Source of the DNA: an uncultured archaeon
Lineage (GTDB): Archaea > Asgardarchaeota > Thorarchaeia > Thorarchaeales > Thorarchaeaceae
NCBI GenBank assembly: GCA_964590575.1
Contig: CAZPWM010000016.1
Span: 1-48,431 of the forward strand
Direction: 5' to 3'
DNA length: 48,431 nucleotides
Part shown: positions 9,399-18,690 of the stretch, piece after piece
Layout of the letters: each line of letters begins with the position of its first letter
How positions within the stretch are numbered: the first letter of the stretch is position 1
Notes under the pieces: model-generated
What the model saw: the letters and a program-made list of their open reading frames with translations, nothing else
What the model was told of the DNA's origin: nothing
Databases searched by the model: none
Made by a program: the position numbers and the translations under genes

Positions 9399-10949
9399 CT
9401 ATTGTTTCCCATCTGGAAAAGTCTCACGTAGTTCTCGTTTGAGTATCTTCCCTGATATACTACGGGGAAACTCATCGAGAATGAGAACTTGTTGAACTCG
9501 CTGAAACTTTGCTCCAACCCTCTCATTGACCCATTTCATTAGTTCCTCTGGGGTTATCGATATTGAATCTCGTAGTATTACAGCTGCCACAGAAGCCTCT
9601 CCCCATTTTTCATCTGGAACCCCAAAGACTGCTACTTCCTTCACAGATGGATGTTGTGCCACAACCTCCTCGATATCCTTTGGATAGACATTTACTCCAC
9701 CAGAAATAATCATGTCCTTTTTCCGATCCACCAAATTGAGAAAACCATCTTCATCAAGATGACCCAAATCCCCAGAATGAAGCCACCCATCTCTCATGGT
9801 TTCTGCGGTTAATTCAGGGCGTTTGTAGTATTCTGTCATTAATGTGGGTCCTTTTCCTATAATTTCCCCAATCTCTCCAACCGGAACATCTTCGTCATTA
9901 TCATTCACAATTCGCATTTTGAAGAAAGGTGGGGGAATACCTACCGATTGTAGCTTATTGGCACTATGCGTTCTATCTAATACTGTTAGGAAACCTTCTG
10001 TTAATCCATACAGCTCGTAAAACCGATTTGGCAGAAGCTGATTGAGCTTTTCTTTGACATCCATATGTAATGGAGCACCAACAGAGCAGATCATTTCCAA
10101 GGATTCCAAAGCCTCCGCCGAGAAATTCGTGGCATTTAGAATGGCAATTAATTGTGAAGGAACCATAATAACATGAGTGACTTTTTCACGTTGGACTGAT
10201 TCAATGAATTCTTGGGCATCAAACTTGAGTTTTAAAATGAATGTTGCTCCAAGAAACATGGCTGGCATCATAGTAACGAAGGCTCCATTAAACACAATAG
10301 AGCCACTATGAATGATTACACTTTCAGGTGTCATTCTAAAGCTTGATGCAAATAGAGTGGCATAAAACGACCGGACATAATGCGAGAGCACGATGCCCTT
10401 TGGCAGCCCCGTTGTTCCGCTACTATAGATGATATTATAGGGATCATTTTCATCTATTTCTTCAACATCAGGCTCCTTATCGCTAGCTTCTGCTTTGAGT
10501 GATTGATAGTCATTGTACTCCAAATTTGATGAGTCATCAATGAGAACAAATTCATCAACATTAGTCAATTCATGTTTGATCTCTTCTAGAATGCTCATAT
10601 ACTGAGAACTCGTTATGACAATCTTGGCATCAGAATCATTGATGAGTGATTTAAATCCACGACTCATGAGTAATGTACTTAGCGGTACCGATACTGCACC
10701 GATTTTTGCAATAGCCCAATACAGTTCAAGCAATTCAAAACAATTAGGCAGGACAATTGCTATTTTATCTCCCTTTTCTACACCTAAACCACATAGCATA
10801 TTAGCTACGCGATTAACACCCTTGTTAAACTCCTGATATGAAAGTCGGATGTTCTCAACAATTATTCCAAGATGATCTGGACGATATTGAGCATTCCTAG
10901 TCAATAGCATTCCAATGTTAACAGGATGGAACGGAGGAGATTTCGACAT
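9399..10949 (-). CDS. Long-chain fatty acid--CoA ligase / AMP-binding enzyme
   Basis: YSSGTTGLPKG, YGLTE, WLHSGD, DRKKDMIISGGVNVYP, SGKILK. Confidence 0.92.
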   Translation of the reverse strand: MSKSPPFHPVNIGMLLTRNAQYRPDHLGIIVENIRLSYQEFNKGVNRVANMLCGLGVEKGDKIAIVLPNCFELLELYWAIAKIGAVSVPLSTLLMSRGFKSLINDSDAKIVITSSQYMSILEEIKHELTNVDEFVLIDDSSNLEYNDYQSLKAEASDKEPDVEEIDENDPYNIIYSSGTTGLPKGIVLSHYVRSFYATLFASSFRMTPESVIIHSGSIVFNGAFVTMMPAMFLGATFILKLKFDAQEFIESVQREKVTHVIMVPSQLIAILNATNFSAEALESLEMICSVGAPLHMDVKEKLNQLLPNRFYELYGLTEGFLTVLDRTHSANKLQSVGIPPPFFKMRIVNDNDEDVPVGEIGEIIGKGPTLMTEYYKRPELTAETMRDGWLHSGDLGHLDEDGFLNLVDRKKDMIISGGVNVYPKDIEEVVAQHPSVKEVAVFGVPDEKWGEASVAAVILRDSISITPEELMKWVNERVGAKFQRVQQVLILDEFPRSISGKILKRELRETFPDGKQ

Positions 10950-11007
10950 AGATTACCCCTCTAGTGAAATGACCGTAGCATATCCACGATGAAAAACTTT
11001 CCGTAAA

Positions 11008-11436
11008 CTAATCTAAGATAATGGGTGAATCCTGAAAGTACCCCTTGAAAAGTAGAACGATAAGTGGAAGAAGGATGCAGATATCTAGAGCGCTGAGTGG
11101 TAAGAGGAACCAGACTGCAACCAGTGATACTCCTGTAACAAGAAATGCCATCCAAAGTCCCTTCGTTCGATTTAGTAAAATCCAGTATCCTGACCAGATT
11201 CGTAAGCCTGCAAAGAAGAAGAAAATGGGGATGAATATTACAGGCATTGTATGCATGAGCATTCCAACTTCCGTTGTCACTGGAATGAACAATTCAGAGA
11301 TGTTTGGAATCAAGCCTATAGAAATCATGACCATAGCGGCAACATCCATTAGTTCAAACAGCCCGTAGAATAGCTGGAGTACTCCTGCCCAGTACAATGA
11401 CCTATTCTCTCTTATTTTTACATCTACCCAAAACAT
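11008..11436 (-). CDS. Small multi-pass membrane protein
   Basis: Four hydrophobic segments; GGAGG upstream of ATG at 11436. Confidence 0.65.
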   Translation of the reverse strand: MFWVDVKIRENRSLYWAGVLQLFYGLFELMDVAAMVMISIGLIPNISELFIPVTTEVGMLMHTMPVIFIPIFFFFAGLRIWSGYWILLNRTKGLWMAFLVTGVSLVAVWFLLPLSALDICILLPLIVLLFKGYFQDSPIILD

Positions 11437-11607
11437 CCTATAACCTCCTAATGTTTCCCATTCCTTTTCGGATAATACATTATACACCTTTTTTGTTAAT
11501 CCTCAAATGTTTTTCTCATTCTTTCATTCAGCCCTGACGCTATTCTCTTAATCTGTAGTGGCTTTTCACAAGCCTATTGTTGAGGACTTCAGGCATGCTT
11601 AAATGAT

Positions 11608-12333
11608 ATGACAAGCAAGGAGCAGAAAATGTCAACCACTCAACCTGATGGTTATCTTGCTGTTCCTTCGTCCGGCCAAGGTGCTCCGGTCCTAGTACTA
11701 CATGCTTGGTGGGGATTGAATAGAACTATAATGGACATCTGTGATAATCTAGCAAAAGCAGGTTTCCTTTCTTTTGCCCCAGACCTTTATCATGGCAAAA
11801 TCGCAGACACCATTTCCGATGCTGAAGTGTTGAGCTCAGCTCTTGACGATAACTACTTGCAAGCCAAAGCTGAGATTGCCGAGGCAGTCAAATTTCTGTG
11901 TGAAAAGACGGGAACAAAAGGTCGTGATGTATCTGTGGTCAGTTTCTCACTAGGTGCATATTACGCACTGGATATAGCGGCATCGGATCCCGAACACATT
12001 GATTCCGTTGTCTTGTTTTACGGTTCTGGACCTGTCGATCACAGCACATCAAAAGCACGATATCTTGGTCATTTTGCAGAGAATGACCCTTACGAGTCAA
12101 AGGAAAATGTAGAGGAGCTAGAAGAATCGTTGAAGAAGGCTGGTCGCCCAGTGACGTTTTACATCTATGAGAATACTGGACACTGGTTCTTTGAACCCGA
12201 CCGTCAAGACGCCTATGATGAAGCAGCAGCTCAACTAGCTTGGAAACGGACCTTGGAGTTTCTTAACACTACTAAAGGAGACAAGCAGACAAATAGACCG
12301 ATAAGACATGTTCAGAGAATTGACCAGGAATAA
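11608..12333 (+). CDS. Dienelactone hydrolase family protein
   Basis: VLVLHAWWGL, APDLYHG, SFSLG, LFYG, GHWFFE, AAQLAWKRTLEF. Start may be ATG 11629. Confidence 0.9.
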   Translation: MTSKEQKMSTTQPDGYLAVPSSGQGAPVLVLHAWWGLNRTIMDICDNLAKAGFLSFAPDLYHGKIADTISDAEVLSSALDDNYLQAKAEIAEAVKFLCEKTGTKGRDVSVVSFSLGAYYALDIAASDPEHIDSVVLFYGSGPVDHSTSKARYLGHFAENDPYESKENVEELEESLKKAGRPVTFYIYENTGHWFFEPDRQDAYDEAAAQLAWKRTLEFLNTTKGDKQTNRPIRHVQRIDQE

Positions 12334-12412
12334 TAATTGCCATAACCGTTGTTTCAGAAGATCTGAATGCTGCTAAGGATATTTACAAGAGCGTCTTTGT
12401 GATTACCTGAGG

Positions 12413-12436
12413 TTTTGCCGACATCCTAAAAACTAC
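12413..12436 (+). repeat. Short copy of the tRNA-Cys upstream repeat
   Basis: TTTTGCCGACATCCTAAAAACTAC vs TTTGCCGACATCCTTAAAACAAAAAAAACTAC at 13255-13286. Confidence 0.7.
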
Positions 12437-12449
12437 TAATGAGTCAAAA

Positions 12450-12512
12450 ATCTCAGCTGAGATGGTTTGCCGTCAATTTCGGATAATAACAAAACATAAA
12501 CTATTGTCCGAA
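12450..12512. promoter_or_regulatory. Palindromes upstream of the HXXEE gene (candidate operators)
   Basis: Perfect ATCTCAGCTGAGAT (12450-12463) and TTCGGATAATA-N13-TATTGTCCGAA (12478-12512). Confidence 0.4.
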
Positions 12513-12551
12513 TTCTGAATGTATGAACTTGGTTTCTGCGAGGAAAAGAAA

Positions 12552-13205
12552 ATGGGGTTCTTTCGAAATAATTGGTATTATATTGGCGGCATAATCTTTG
12601 TGGCGTTGGCATACTTCATTGGTTTTTTTGATGGCGATATCAGTCCGATACAACGAATCCTGATTTTGAGTTTTATGGCTTTGCTAGTACATCAATTTGA
12701 GGAATATGGCCTTCCGGGCGGCTTTCCTGCCATTTACAATATTGTACTATCGGGAGAAGTTGAGGCACCTGACCGGTACCCGCTAAATAGTAACAGTGCC
12801 TTTATCATCAATGTGTTCCTCGCATATCCGTTGTATATTCTGGCGATTATTTTTCCAGAACTGATTTGGTATGGAATCGCAACAATGTTGTTTGGTATCG
12901 CCCAAATTTTTGTACATGGGTTTGTGGTCAATGCTAAAATGAAGTCGTTCTATAATCCCGGTCTGGGCACAGTCGTTTTCTTGCATATTCCCATTGGGCT
13001 CTATTATTTCTGGTTTATAACTGTAAATGAACTCGTACAACCATGGCACTGGATTGCAGGTCTTATCTGCCTCCCGATATTCGCTTTTCTTGCTATTGCT
13101 CTGCCTTCCAAATTGCTACAGAATAAAGAATCGCCTTATTCATTTTCAGAACCAGAGATGAAAAGATTTAATGTACTGGAAAAGATGACGAATCGGAATA
13201 AATAG
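12552..13205 (+). CDS. HXXEE domain membrane protein
   Basis: LVHQFEEY..PGGF and YNPGL motifs; multiple TM helices. Start placed at ATG 12552. Confidence 0.88.
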   Translation: MGFFRNNWYYIGGIIFVALAYFIGFFDGDISPIQRILILSFMALLVHQFEEYGLPGGFPAIYNIVLSGEVEAPDRYPLNSNSAFIINVFLAYPLYILAIIFPELIWYGIATMLFGIAQIFVHGFVVNAKMKSFYNPGLGTVVFLHIPIGLYYFWFITVNELVQPWHWIAGLICLPIFAFLAIALPSKLLQNKESPYSFSEPEMKRFNVLEKMTNRNK

Positions 13206-13207
13206 CA

Positions 13208-13272
13208 TTTAGGAGTTGAGATCACACTTCCTTCTGTCCAAAATGCATGCCATATTTGCCGACATCCTTAAA
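13208..13272 (+). repeat. tRNA-Cys upstream region (master repeat copy; includes TATA-like CCTTAAAA about 30 nt before the tRNA)
   Basis: Shared with 8407-8469, 12413-12436 and 7261-7286. Confidence 0.75.
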
Positions 13273-13301
13273 ACAAAAAAAACTACCCAAGGGTTAAGCG
13301 A

Positions 13302-13377
13302 GCCGGTTTGGCGGAGAAGTTTACGCGACAGCCTGCAGAGCTGTTCTACCTGGGTGCAAATCCCAGAGCCGGCTCCA
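13302..13377 (+). tRNA. tRNA-Cys (GCA)
   Basis: Acceptor GCCGGTT/AGCCGGC; anticodon arm ACAGC-CTGCAGA-GCTGT (GCA at 13335-13337); T arm CTGGG-TGCAAAT-CCCAG; U discriminator; encoded CCA. Confidence 0.95.
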
Positions 13378-13399
13378 CTTTTCCTAGAGGAATTATTTT

Positions 13400-13777
13400 T
13401 TACCTGACATTGTTGATAGCATTCTTTGCTGTGTCATGTTTGACTTTCATTATATTTGACACTAGAGTGAATTGCCGATTTTGTTGCTGCATGTCCTGTT
13501 GAAGTTGAAGATACTGTAAATTGAATGACTGCTGCATCTTCAGAACTTCTTCCGTTACCTTTTTTTCCTTTAGTAGTTTTTCGCCTAGAATAGACAACTT
13601 CTCAAGTTCTTTACACGAGCTAGCAAGCCATTTATTGTATCGTTCCAGTTCTGACATCTGTCTGCGTTCCAATCCTTTGGGACCTCTTTGTTGCGAAAGT
13701 TTGTGTAGAACCTGTCTTGTTTCCCGAAGTATTTTGACACGTTTTCCTACTAGTCTTCTATCTACCACCGTAACCAC
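13400..13777 (-). CDS. Helical protein with a Gln-rich C-terminal motif (secretion-filament subunit-like)
   Basis: C-terminus SFNLQYLQLQQDMQQQNRQFTLVSNIMKVKHDTAKNAINNVR; coiled-coil character. Confidence 0.65.
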   Translation of the reverse strand: MVTVVDRRLVGKRVKILRETRQVLHKLSQQRGPKGLERRQMSELERYNKWLASSCKELEKLSILGEKLLKEKKVTEEVLKMQQSFNLQYLQLQQDMQQQNRQFTLVSNIMKVKHDTAKNAINNVR

Positions 13778-13887
13778 CTGAAAGTGAACCTGAATGGATG
13801 TGATGATTGAACCATATAATAATCCTTCCAGATTCGTTTTGTATCAATGAAATCAAAACTTCATAGGAGTTATAATGGCAGTCTGCA

Positions 13888-14547
13888 GTGGTAGATTCGA
13901 TTTCCATGCGGGTCAGAAATAACCATACCTATATCTACAGATGCAAGATGTGTGGAAATTGCTGCCGCCATTATTGGGACATAATCCTAACAAAGGAAGA
14001 TGTACTGAAATGGGATCATAATAACAAAGACGAATTTTTGAAACACATTCAGATCAATCCACTATCCATTTCACCTGCAGGTTTAGGTGACTACCCTAAT
14101 GGAGTATCAGTGATAGAAATACCAGGCATAACAGCATCCAAAGTTGAACACAATGAATTCAACAAGTTAGAATTCGAGAAAAGACTCGAGAAGATAAGGA
14201 AGTTTGTACTCGACAACCATGAGTATCTTGGGGAAGGTGCTACCAATCTACCCGTTCATAGTTACTTTTCCTTCCTCTATCCTGTAGATACATACTTTGA
14301 GGAAGTTGGTAACTGGCCCATTCTCAGACCCCGAAGCTTCGTTGTTATGTTAACGGGAATGGAGATGGGTGTGAAATATGTGCTTAGTTTCGACTCTCTT
14401 GGGCAATGCTTCTTTTTGAGAGAAAGCCAATGTTCAATTCAAGAAATAAAACCTGTGGCTTGTCAGGAGTTTCCTTTCGACCAAGATGGATCATTGAGAA
14501 CTGATGAAAGAGTGTTGGATATCTGTCGAGGTATTACCACCCAATAG
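13888..14547 (+). CDS. YkgJ family (CxxCxxCC) cysteine-cluster protein
   Basis: CKMCGNCC...CFFL...CSIQEIKPVACQEFPF...C. Confidence 0.88.
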   Translation: MVDSISMRVRNNHTYIYRCKMCGNCCRHYWDIILTKEDVLKWDHNNKDEFLKHIQINPLSISPAGLGDYPNGVSVIEIPGITASKVEHNEFNKLEFEKRLEKIRKFVLDNHEYLGEGATNLPVHSYFSFLYPVDTYFEEVGNWPILRPRSFVVMLTGMEMGVKYVLSFDSLGQCFFLRESQCSIQEIKPVACQEFPFDQDGSLRTDERVLDICRGITTQ

Positions 14548-14745
14548 AATGGAAAAGAGTCAGTATCGAAACTGATCTATAATACAACTGAATCAAGTTA
14601 GGAACCAACTAATGCCGAAAGCCAATCGATCTTTAGAAACCAATCCCCATTCTCAAGAAATTTGAGTAGGCTTTGAAACCACCGATGAGGTAAAATCAAG
14701 GACCGACACCACTTCTTCTCTTTATCCTAACACTTCCTAGAAGAC

Positions 14746-15390
14746 TCATTCCTTAGTATCATAGGCAAGTCCAACGATAGCAGCTATTGGAATTAACGTG
14801 ACCATCATAACAGAAAGAATTCCTACGATGATGGTTATCAAAGATACTTCCAAAGGCAATCCAAAGATCTGAACACCAACCGTACTCCAGAAAACAATGA
14901 CGAATAGTATCAGCATCCAAGGCCATAGTTTCGCAAGTGAATTTCGAACACCAAATGTGAGATGTACTCTCCACCATGTAAGGGGCTTGTCTATTCTTGT
15001 TGCAGACGCCACAGCTACGATTGAGAGGATGATTGGAGCCATTCCTCCTCCAACAAGAAAAAGTGTCAGAGTCAGAATTAACAGAATGGTTGCACCAAAC
15101 TTTCTTTGAACGAAAACACTTGCCCAGATGATAACAAAAACACTTACAACAATAGCTGAAATTCACGCAATAAGAAAACTAGGAAGAACGGAAAGTGCTC
15201 TCTCACTTGCGCCTTCCCAGAATATGTATGAATCTCCGATAGCATTTATTATAAAACCATTTGTCGGAACATCACCTTGGAGCAGCTCAAAAATACCATG
15301 TTCGATTCCGGCTAATCCAACAAGAACTCCAAAAGTTGAAGTTACAAGTTTTAATGCTCCATTATAAGAAGCTTTTTTTTTCTGATTCAT
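14746..15390 (-). pseudogene. Membrane protein interrupted by an in-frame TGA (15163-15165)
   Basis: ORFs 15163..15390 and 14746..15042 share a frame. Reading through the TGA gives ...PSFLIA*ISAIVVSVFVIIWA...FLVGGGMAP... with no other stop. Confidence 0.8.
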
Positions 15391-15529
15391 TCAATAGCGT
15401 TTAATCCCTCAGGAATTCCTATCAACAAACGTCTCTCATTACCTTTTCCCCCCACTTTCTAATACAACTCGTTCTGTACTTCGTATGAAGGTCTTACAGT
15501 AACAATTATCAATCTGCTTTACTTCACCT

Positions 15530-16102
15530 TTGGTGCGTGGGACAATCTTGGCGAGCATCTTCAATCTCTGGATATTCTATGTTGGTGGGTATGCTATTGT
15601 CTATCCCCTACGTCTCTGGGCTGAGAAAAAGCGGGGATCCCCATTTGAAGATCCAGAACTAACTTCACAAAGAAGAGTGATGATACCTGCAGCGATTTGG
15701 ATGATTAGTGGGTTGTTGATAAGCCTCTTTGTTTCAATTAATTCTGAACTACTATTTTGGCCCGGATTGGTTATTGCTGTAATAGGACTATTCATCGTGG
15801 GCATCGTGTTCTACTCTTTTGCAAACCAACCCGGACTTGCCACAGGAGGAATTCAACAATACTCAAGAAACCCTAACTATATTGGATGGACCATCTATTT
15901 CCTCGGACTAACCTTGATTGGTTGGTCTGAATCAATCTGGAGCATCCTTTTCCTGCTGTACCTGATTTACACAGCTTTGTATCTTCATTGGAATGTTTTG
16001 CATGAGGAGATATTCCTAGCTAATAAGTACGGGGACTCCTACAAAGAATATCTTGAAAGGACACCTAGATACTTTGGTATGCCCAGAAAGCAACAAGAAT
16101 AA
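15530..16102 (+). CDS. Isoprenylcysteine carboxyl methyltransferase / PEMT family protein
   Basis: GGIQQYSRNPNYIG and EEIFLANKYGDSYKEYLERTPRY motifs. Confidence 0.85.
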   Translation: MVRGTILASIFNLWIFYVGGYAIVYPLRLWAEKKRGSPFEDPELTSQRRVMIPAAIWMISGLLISLFVSINSELLFWPGLVIAVIGLFIVGIVFYSFANQPGLATGGIQQYSRNPNYIGWTIYFLGLTLIGWSESIWSILFLLYLIYTALYLHWNVLHEEIFLANKYGDSYKEYLERTPRYFGMPRKQQE

Positions 16103-16111
16103 CGATGATGA

Positions 16112-16137
16112 TACAAACCTCAGAGTCGGCTCTACTT
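16112..16137 (+). repeat. Degenerate copy of the tRNA-Cys 3' end (att-like relic)
   Basis: TACAAACCTCAGAGTCGGCTCTACTT vs TGCAAATCCCAGAGCCGGCTCCACTT (13355-13380), 21/26 identical. Confidence 0.6.
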
Positions 16138-16233
16138 CCTTTTTAGAGATTTACATTGTAAGGACCATTCAGCGCAAAGAAAGATAAGGAAGATAGATGA
16201 ATAATTGAACATCATCTAGGAGCGTGGTCAAAG

Positions 16234-16614
16234 ATGAGCGGGGAACTCCCCAGTTTTGCGAAGTATGTCTTTCTGTTAGGCTTCATAGTGTCCGTGATTA
16301 TGGGCGGCTGGTCTTTTCTATCTCCAGAATCATGGTGTGCTATTACTGAGTGGCCGACTGAAATTGTTTCAGTCCGTGTCGTAGGTGCGCTGCTTCTCAC
16401 TCTCGCAGTTGCTGCAATTCTAGCATTTCGTGCGAAATCATGGAAAGAAGTTGAACTCTATGTCCTGACGATCATTTGCTTTTCAATCCTAGGAGCAGTT
16501 GCAATGGTCTGGGATATTGCAGTCAATGGCCTTCCTCTTATTGGCTTGCTTAATACTGGTCTGCTTGTGCTGTTCTTTGTATTGTACACCTATGTTTACT
16601 ATCGGTGCAAGTGA
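16234..16614 (+). CDS. Small 4-TM membrane protein
   Basis: Four hydrophobic helices; clean ATG-TGA ORF. Confidence 0.7.
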   Translation: MSGELPSFAKYVFLLGFIVSVIMGGWSFLSPESWCAITEWPTEIVSVRVVGALLLTLAVAAILAFRAKSWKEVELYVLTIICFSILGAVAMVWDIAVNGLPLIGLLNTGLLVLFFVLYTYVYYRCK

Positions 16615-16656
16615 AGCTGAGAGAAACTAATATAGCTAGAAACATGACACAAACTC

Positions 16657-16681
16657 TTGGAACCGGTTACTTTGGTTCCAA
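16657..16681. other. Inverted repeat downstream of 16234..16614
   Basis: TTGGAACC-N9-GGTTCCAA. Confidence 0.35.
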
Positions 16682-16808
16682 TGGATAGAAGATATGCTAT
16701 AAGTCTATTTTCTGATTATTGGGGAATTACATAATTCTCTTCATGCGATGTTTCAACATATGCTAACTCTAAAAAGAAAAAGCGTTAGGAGAGAATCTTG
16801 ATATTTAA

Positions 16809-17507
16809 ATGAGCCAAGTACGACTTCAACATGGAAGGGGCAGCTTCTCTGCGTTTACAATCATCGCTTTTGCAATCATTAGTCTATTTTTGCTACAAGC
16901 TATCGGAATAGCTTTTCTGCAACTCGGTATCCCCTTATGGCTCGCAATTCTAATCGTTCCTGGTTCGCTTTTAGGAAGCATGATTAACATACCTTTGTAC
17001 ACAATTAATTCGGACTCTGCTCCTTGCACAGAGGATTCGCATGTACAATATTGGGGGGTTAGCTATCAAGTCTTTCAACCTGAATGTCCCGGCGAGACTC
17101 AAATAAGCATCAATCTTGGTGGGGCTATCATTCCTATTTTTGTGAGTGGTTATCTCATTCTTGTGAATCTAACAGCAGTAGTTCAGTTTATTGTTGCTAT
17201 AACAATCGTCGCTCTTATTGTCCATAGGGTCGCACGAATAGAACCTAATGTTGGTATACTGACTCCTGGATTTCTTCCAGCATTGGCTGCTGTGTTCATA
17301 ACAATCGTGATCTTAGCGATTGCTCCAGGCTCTTACAATGGGTATGCAATTGCCTATGTTTGTGGAACCCTCGGCACCTTGATAGGTGCAGACTTGTTGA
17401 ATCTCAACAAACTATCAAGCCTACGAACAGGAACGGCTTCAATTGGTGGAGCTGGGACTTGGGATGGAGTCTTTCTAACAGGAATATTAGCTGTATTCTT
17501 GCTCTAG
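16809..17507 (+). CDS. DUF1614 family membrane protein
   Basis: GSMINIP, INLGGAIIP, GTLGTLIGADLLNL, SIGGAGTWDGVFLTG. Confidence 0.85.
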   Translation: MSQVRLQHGRGSFSAFTIIAFAIISLFLLQAIGIAFLQLGIPLWLAILIVPGSLLGSMINIPLYTINSDSAPCTEDSHVQYWGVSYQVFQPECPGETQISINLGGAIIPIFVSGYLILVNLTAVVQFIVAITIVALIVHRVARIEPNVGILTPGFLPALAAVFITIVILAIAPGSYNGYAIAYVCGTLGTLIGADLLNLNKLSSLRTGTASIGGAGTWDGVFLTGILAVFLL

Positions 17508-17660
17508 AATGACTATTCCTGCTATCTTTTCCGACTTTTTATCTATGTCCTACCAGTTATTGCTTACATGCACATTGGATTGTCCTTATTCCTCTTGTTG
17601 CTCTTCTTATACTCATAATATGAAGTCAAATTCAAGAAAGTATGAGTTAGTTATTATATA

Positions 17661-17694
17661 GTGCAGGTAATCCATTGATGACCTGCGCCTTTTT
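17661..17694 (+). terminator. Hairpin plus T-tract
   Basis: GTGCAGGT-N12-ACCTGCGC followed by CTTTTT. Confidence 0.45.
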
Positions 17695-17892
17695 CCTCTT
17701 TCGACTGTCTAGCTCTTTCTGAATCAATCCAGGGTTCTGTATTTCCAACACATTTACTCACAAAATCAGTTTGTTCTTTAAGAATTACAAAGTAGTTTTT
17801 TTTGGGTGGAGCAAACCCTTTTCAGTAGGTTTTGGCTTGTGTGTGGATAATGTGAATTGTTTGATTCACACGAAAGGAGGAATTTGAAAAAA

Positions 17893-18684
17893 ATGGAATC
17901 GAGTTCCGGTAAGACAATGGTTGTAGCCATGCTAGTGATTGGACTAGTCGTAGGCTTTGGGCTAGGTGTCTTCACACCAGCCCTGATTGTTCCAGATGAT
18001 TATGATACAATTATGGGACGTGGCACAATTATTGTTGGAACTAACTCAGGTTGGCCGCCATTCGAAATGTTCAATACAACCCTTAATGAACTAGAAGGGT
18101 TTGATATTGACCTTGCTGAATACGTGGCTGCTGCTCTTGGTGTAACTGTTGAATGGGTTGACATGGATTTTGATGCCTTAATTGGTGCATGTCAAGCAGG
18201 AACAATCGATATGATTGCTTCAGCGACATTCATAACTGCGGCGCGTTGTGAAGTGCTTCAACCAGTGACGTGGTATATTAGAACTAACGAGGTCATCGTT
18301 GTTAAAGCAAATTCGAATCTTACTATTACCGACCTTAGCGATCTCGTTGGTATGGATGTAGGAGTTCAAACAGGAACCACTGAAGATGAAGAACTTTCAG
18401 ATATTGCTGGTATGGAAACAACTTTGGTCAGATATCCAGTGGTTGAAACAATGTTTCAAGCCCTAGATGCGGGCACTCTTGATGCTGTCTTCGTTGATGA
18501 GCCTATTGTCGGTTTGTACGGTACTGTCTATAGCCTCAAAATAATATTCACCGTGACTGCACCACCAACTGCATTCTATATACGGTATGGCAGTGATAGA
18601 CTTGCTGGCGCAATAAACGCTGCAATTGCTGATGGATTTGCAGATGGAACAGTAGACGCCCTAATTGCTAAGTGGTTCGGGTGA
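17893..18684 (+). CDS. Polar amino-acid ABC transporter substrate-binding protein
   Basis: N-terminal TM anchor, WPPFE, GFDIDLA, FDALI, VGVQTGT (SBP family 3). Confidence 0.92.
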   Translation: MESSSGKTMVVAMLVIGLVVGFGLGVFTPALIVPDDYDTIMGRGTIIVGTNSGWPPFEMFNTTLNELEGFDIDLAEYVAAALGVTVEWVDMDFDALIGACQAGTIDMIASATFITAARCEVLQPVTWYIRTNEVIVVKANSNLTITDLSDLVGMDVGVQTGTTEDEELSDIAGMETTLVRYPVVETMFQALDAGTLDAVFVDEPIVGLYGTVYSLKIIFTVTAPPTAFYIRYGSDRLAGAINAAIADGFADGTVDALIAKWFG

Positions 18685-18690
18685 TTGTGA

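Noticed and set aside
7261-13272. CRISPR array or classical integron attC sites
   Set aside because: The repeats are kilobases apart, diverged and separated by whole genes. There are no RYYYAAC/GTTRRRY boxes, no cas genes and no integrase.
13216-13502. ORFs 13216..13407 and 13308..13502
   Set aside because: They overlap the tRNA-Cys gene and the convergent gene, so they are not credible.
14730-14745. ACACTTCCTAGAAGA resembling the sequence just after the tRNA CCA
   Set aside because: Too short and gapped to distinguish from chance.
17509-17645. Hydrophobic-looking fragment after DUF1614 (LFIYVLPVIAYMHIGLSLFLLLLFLYS*)
   Set aside because: Could be another gene relic, but it has no start and no parent in the window to support it.
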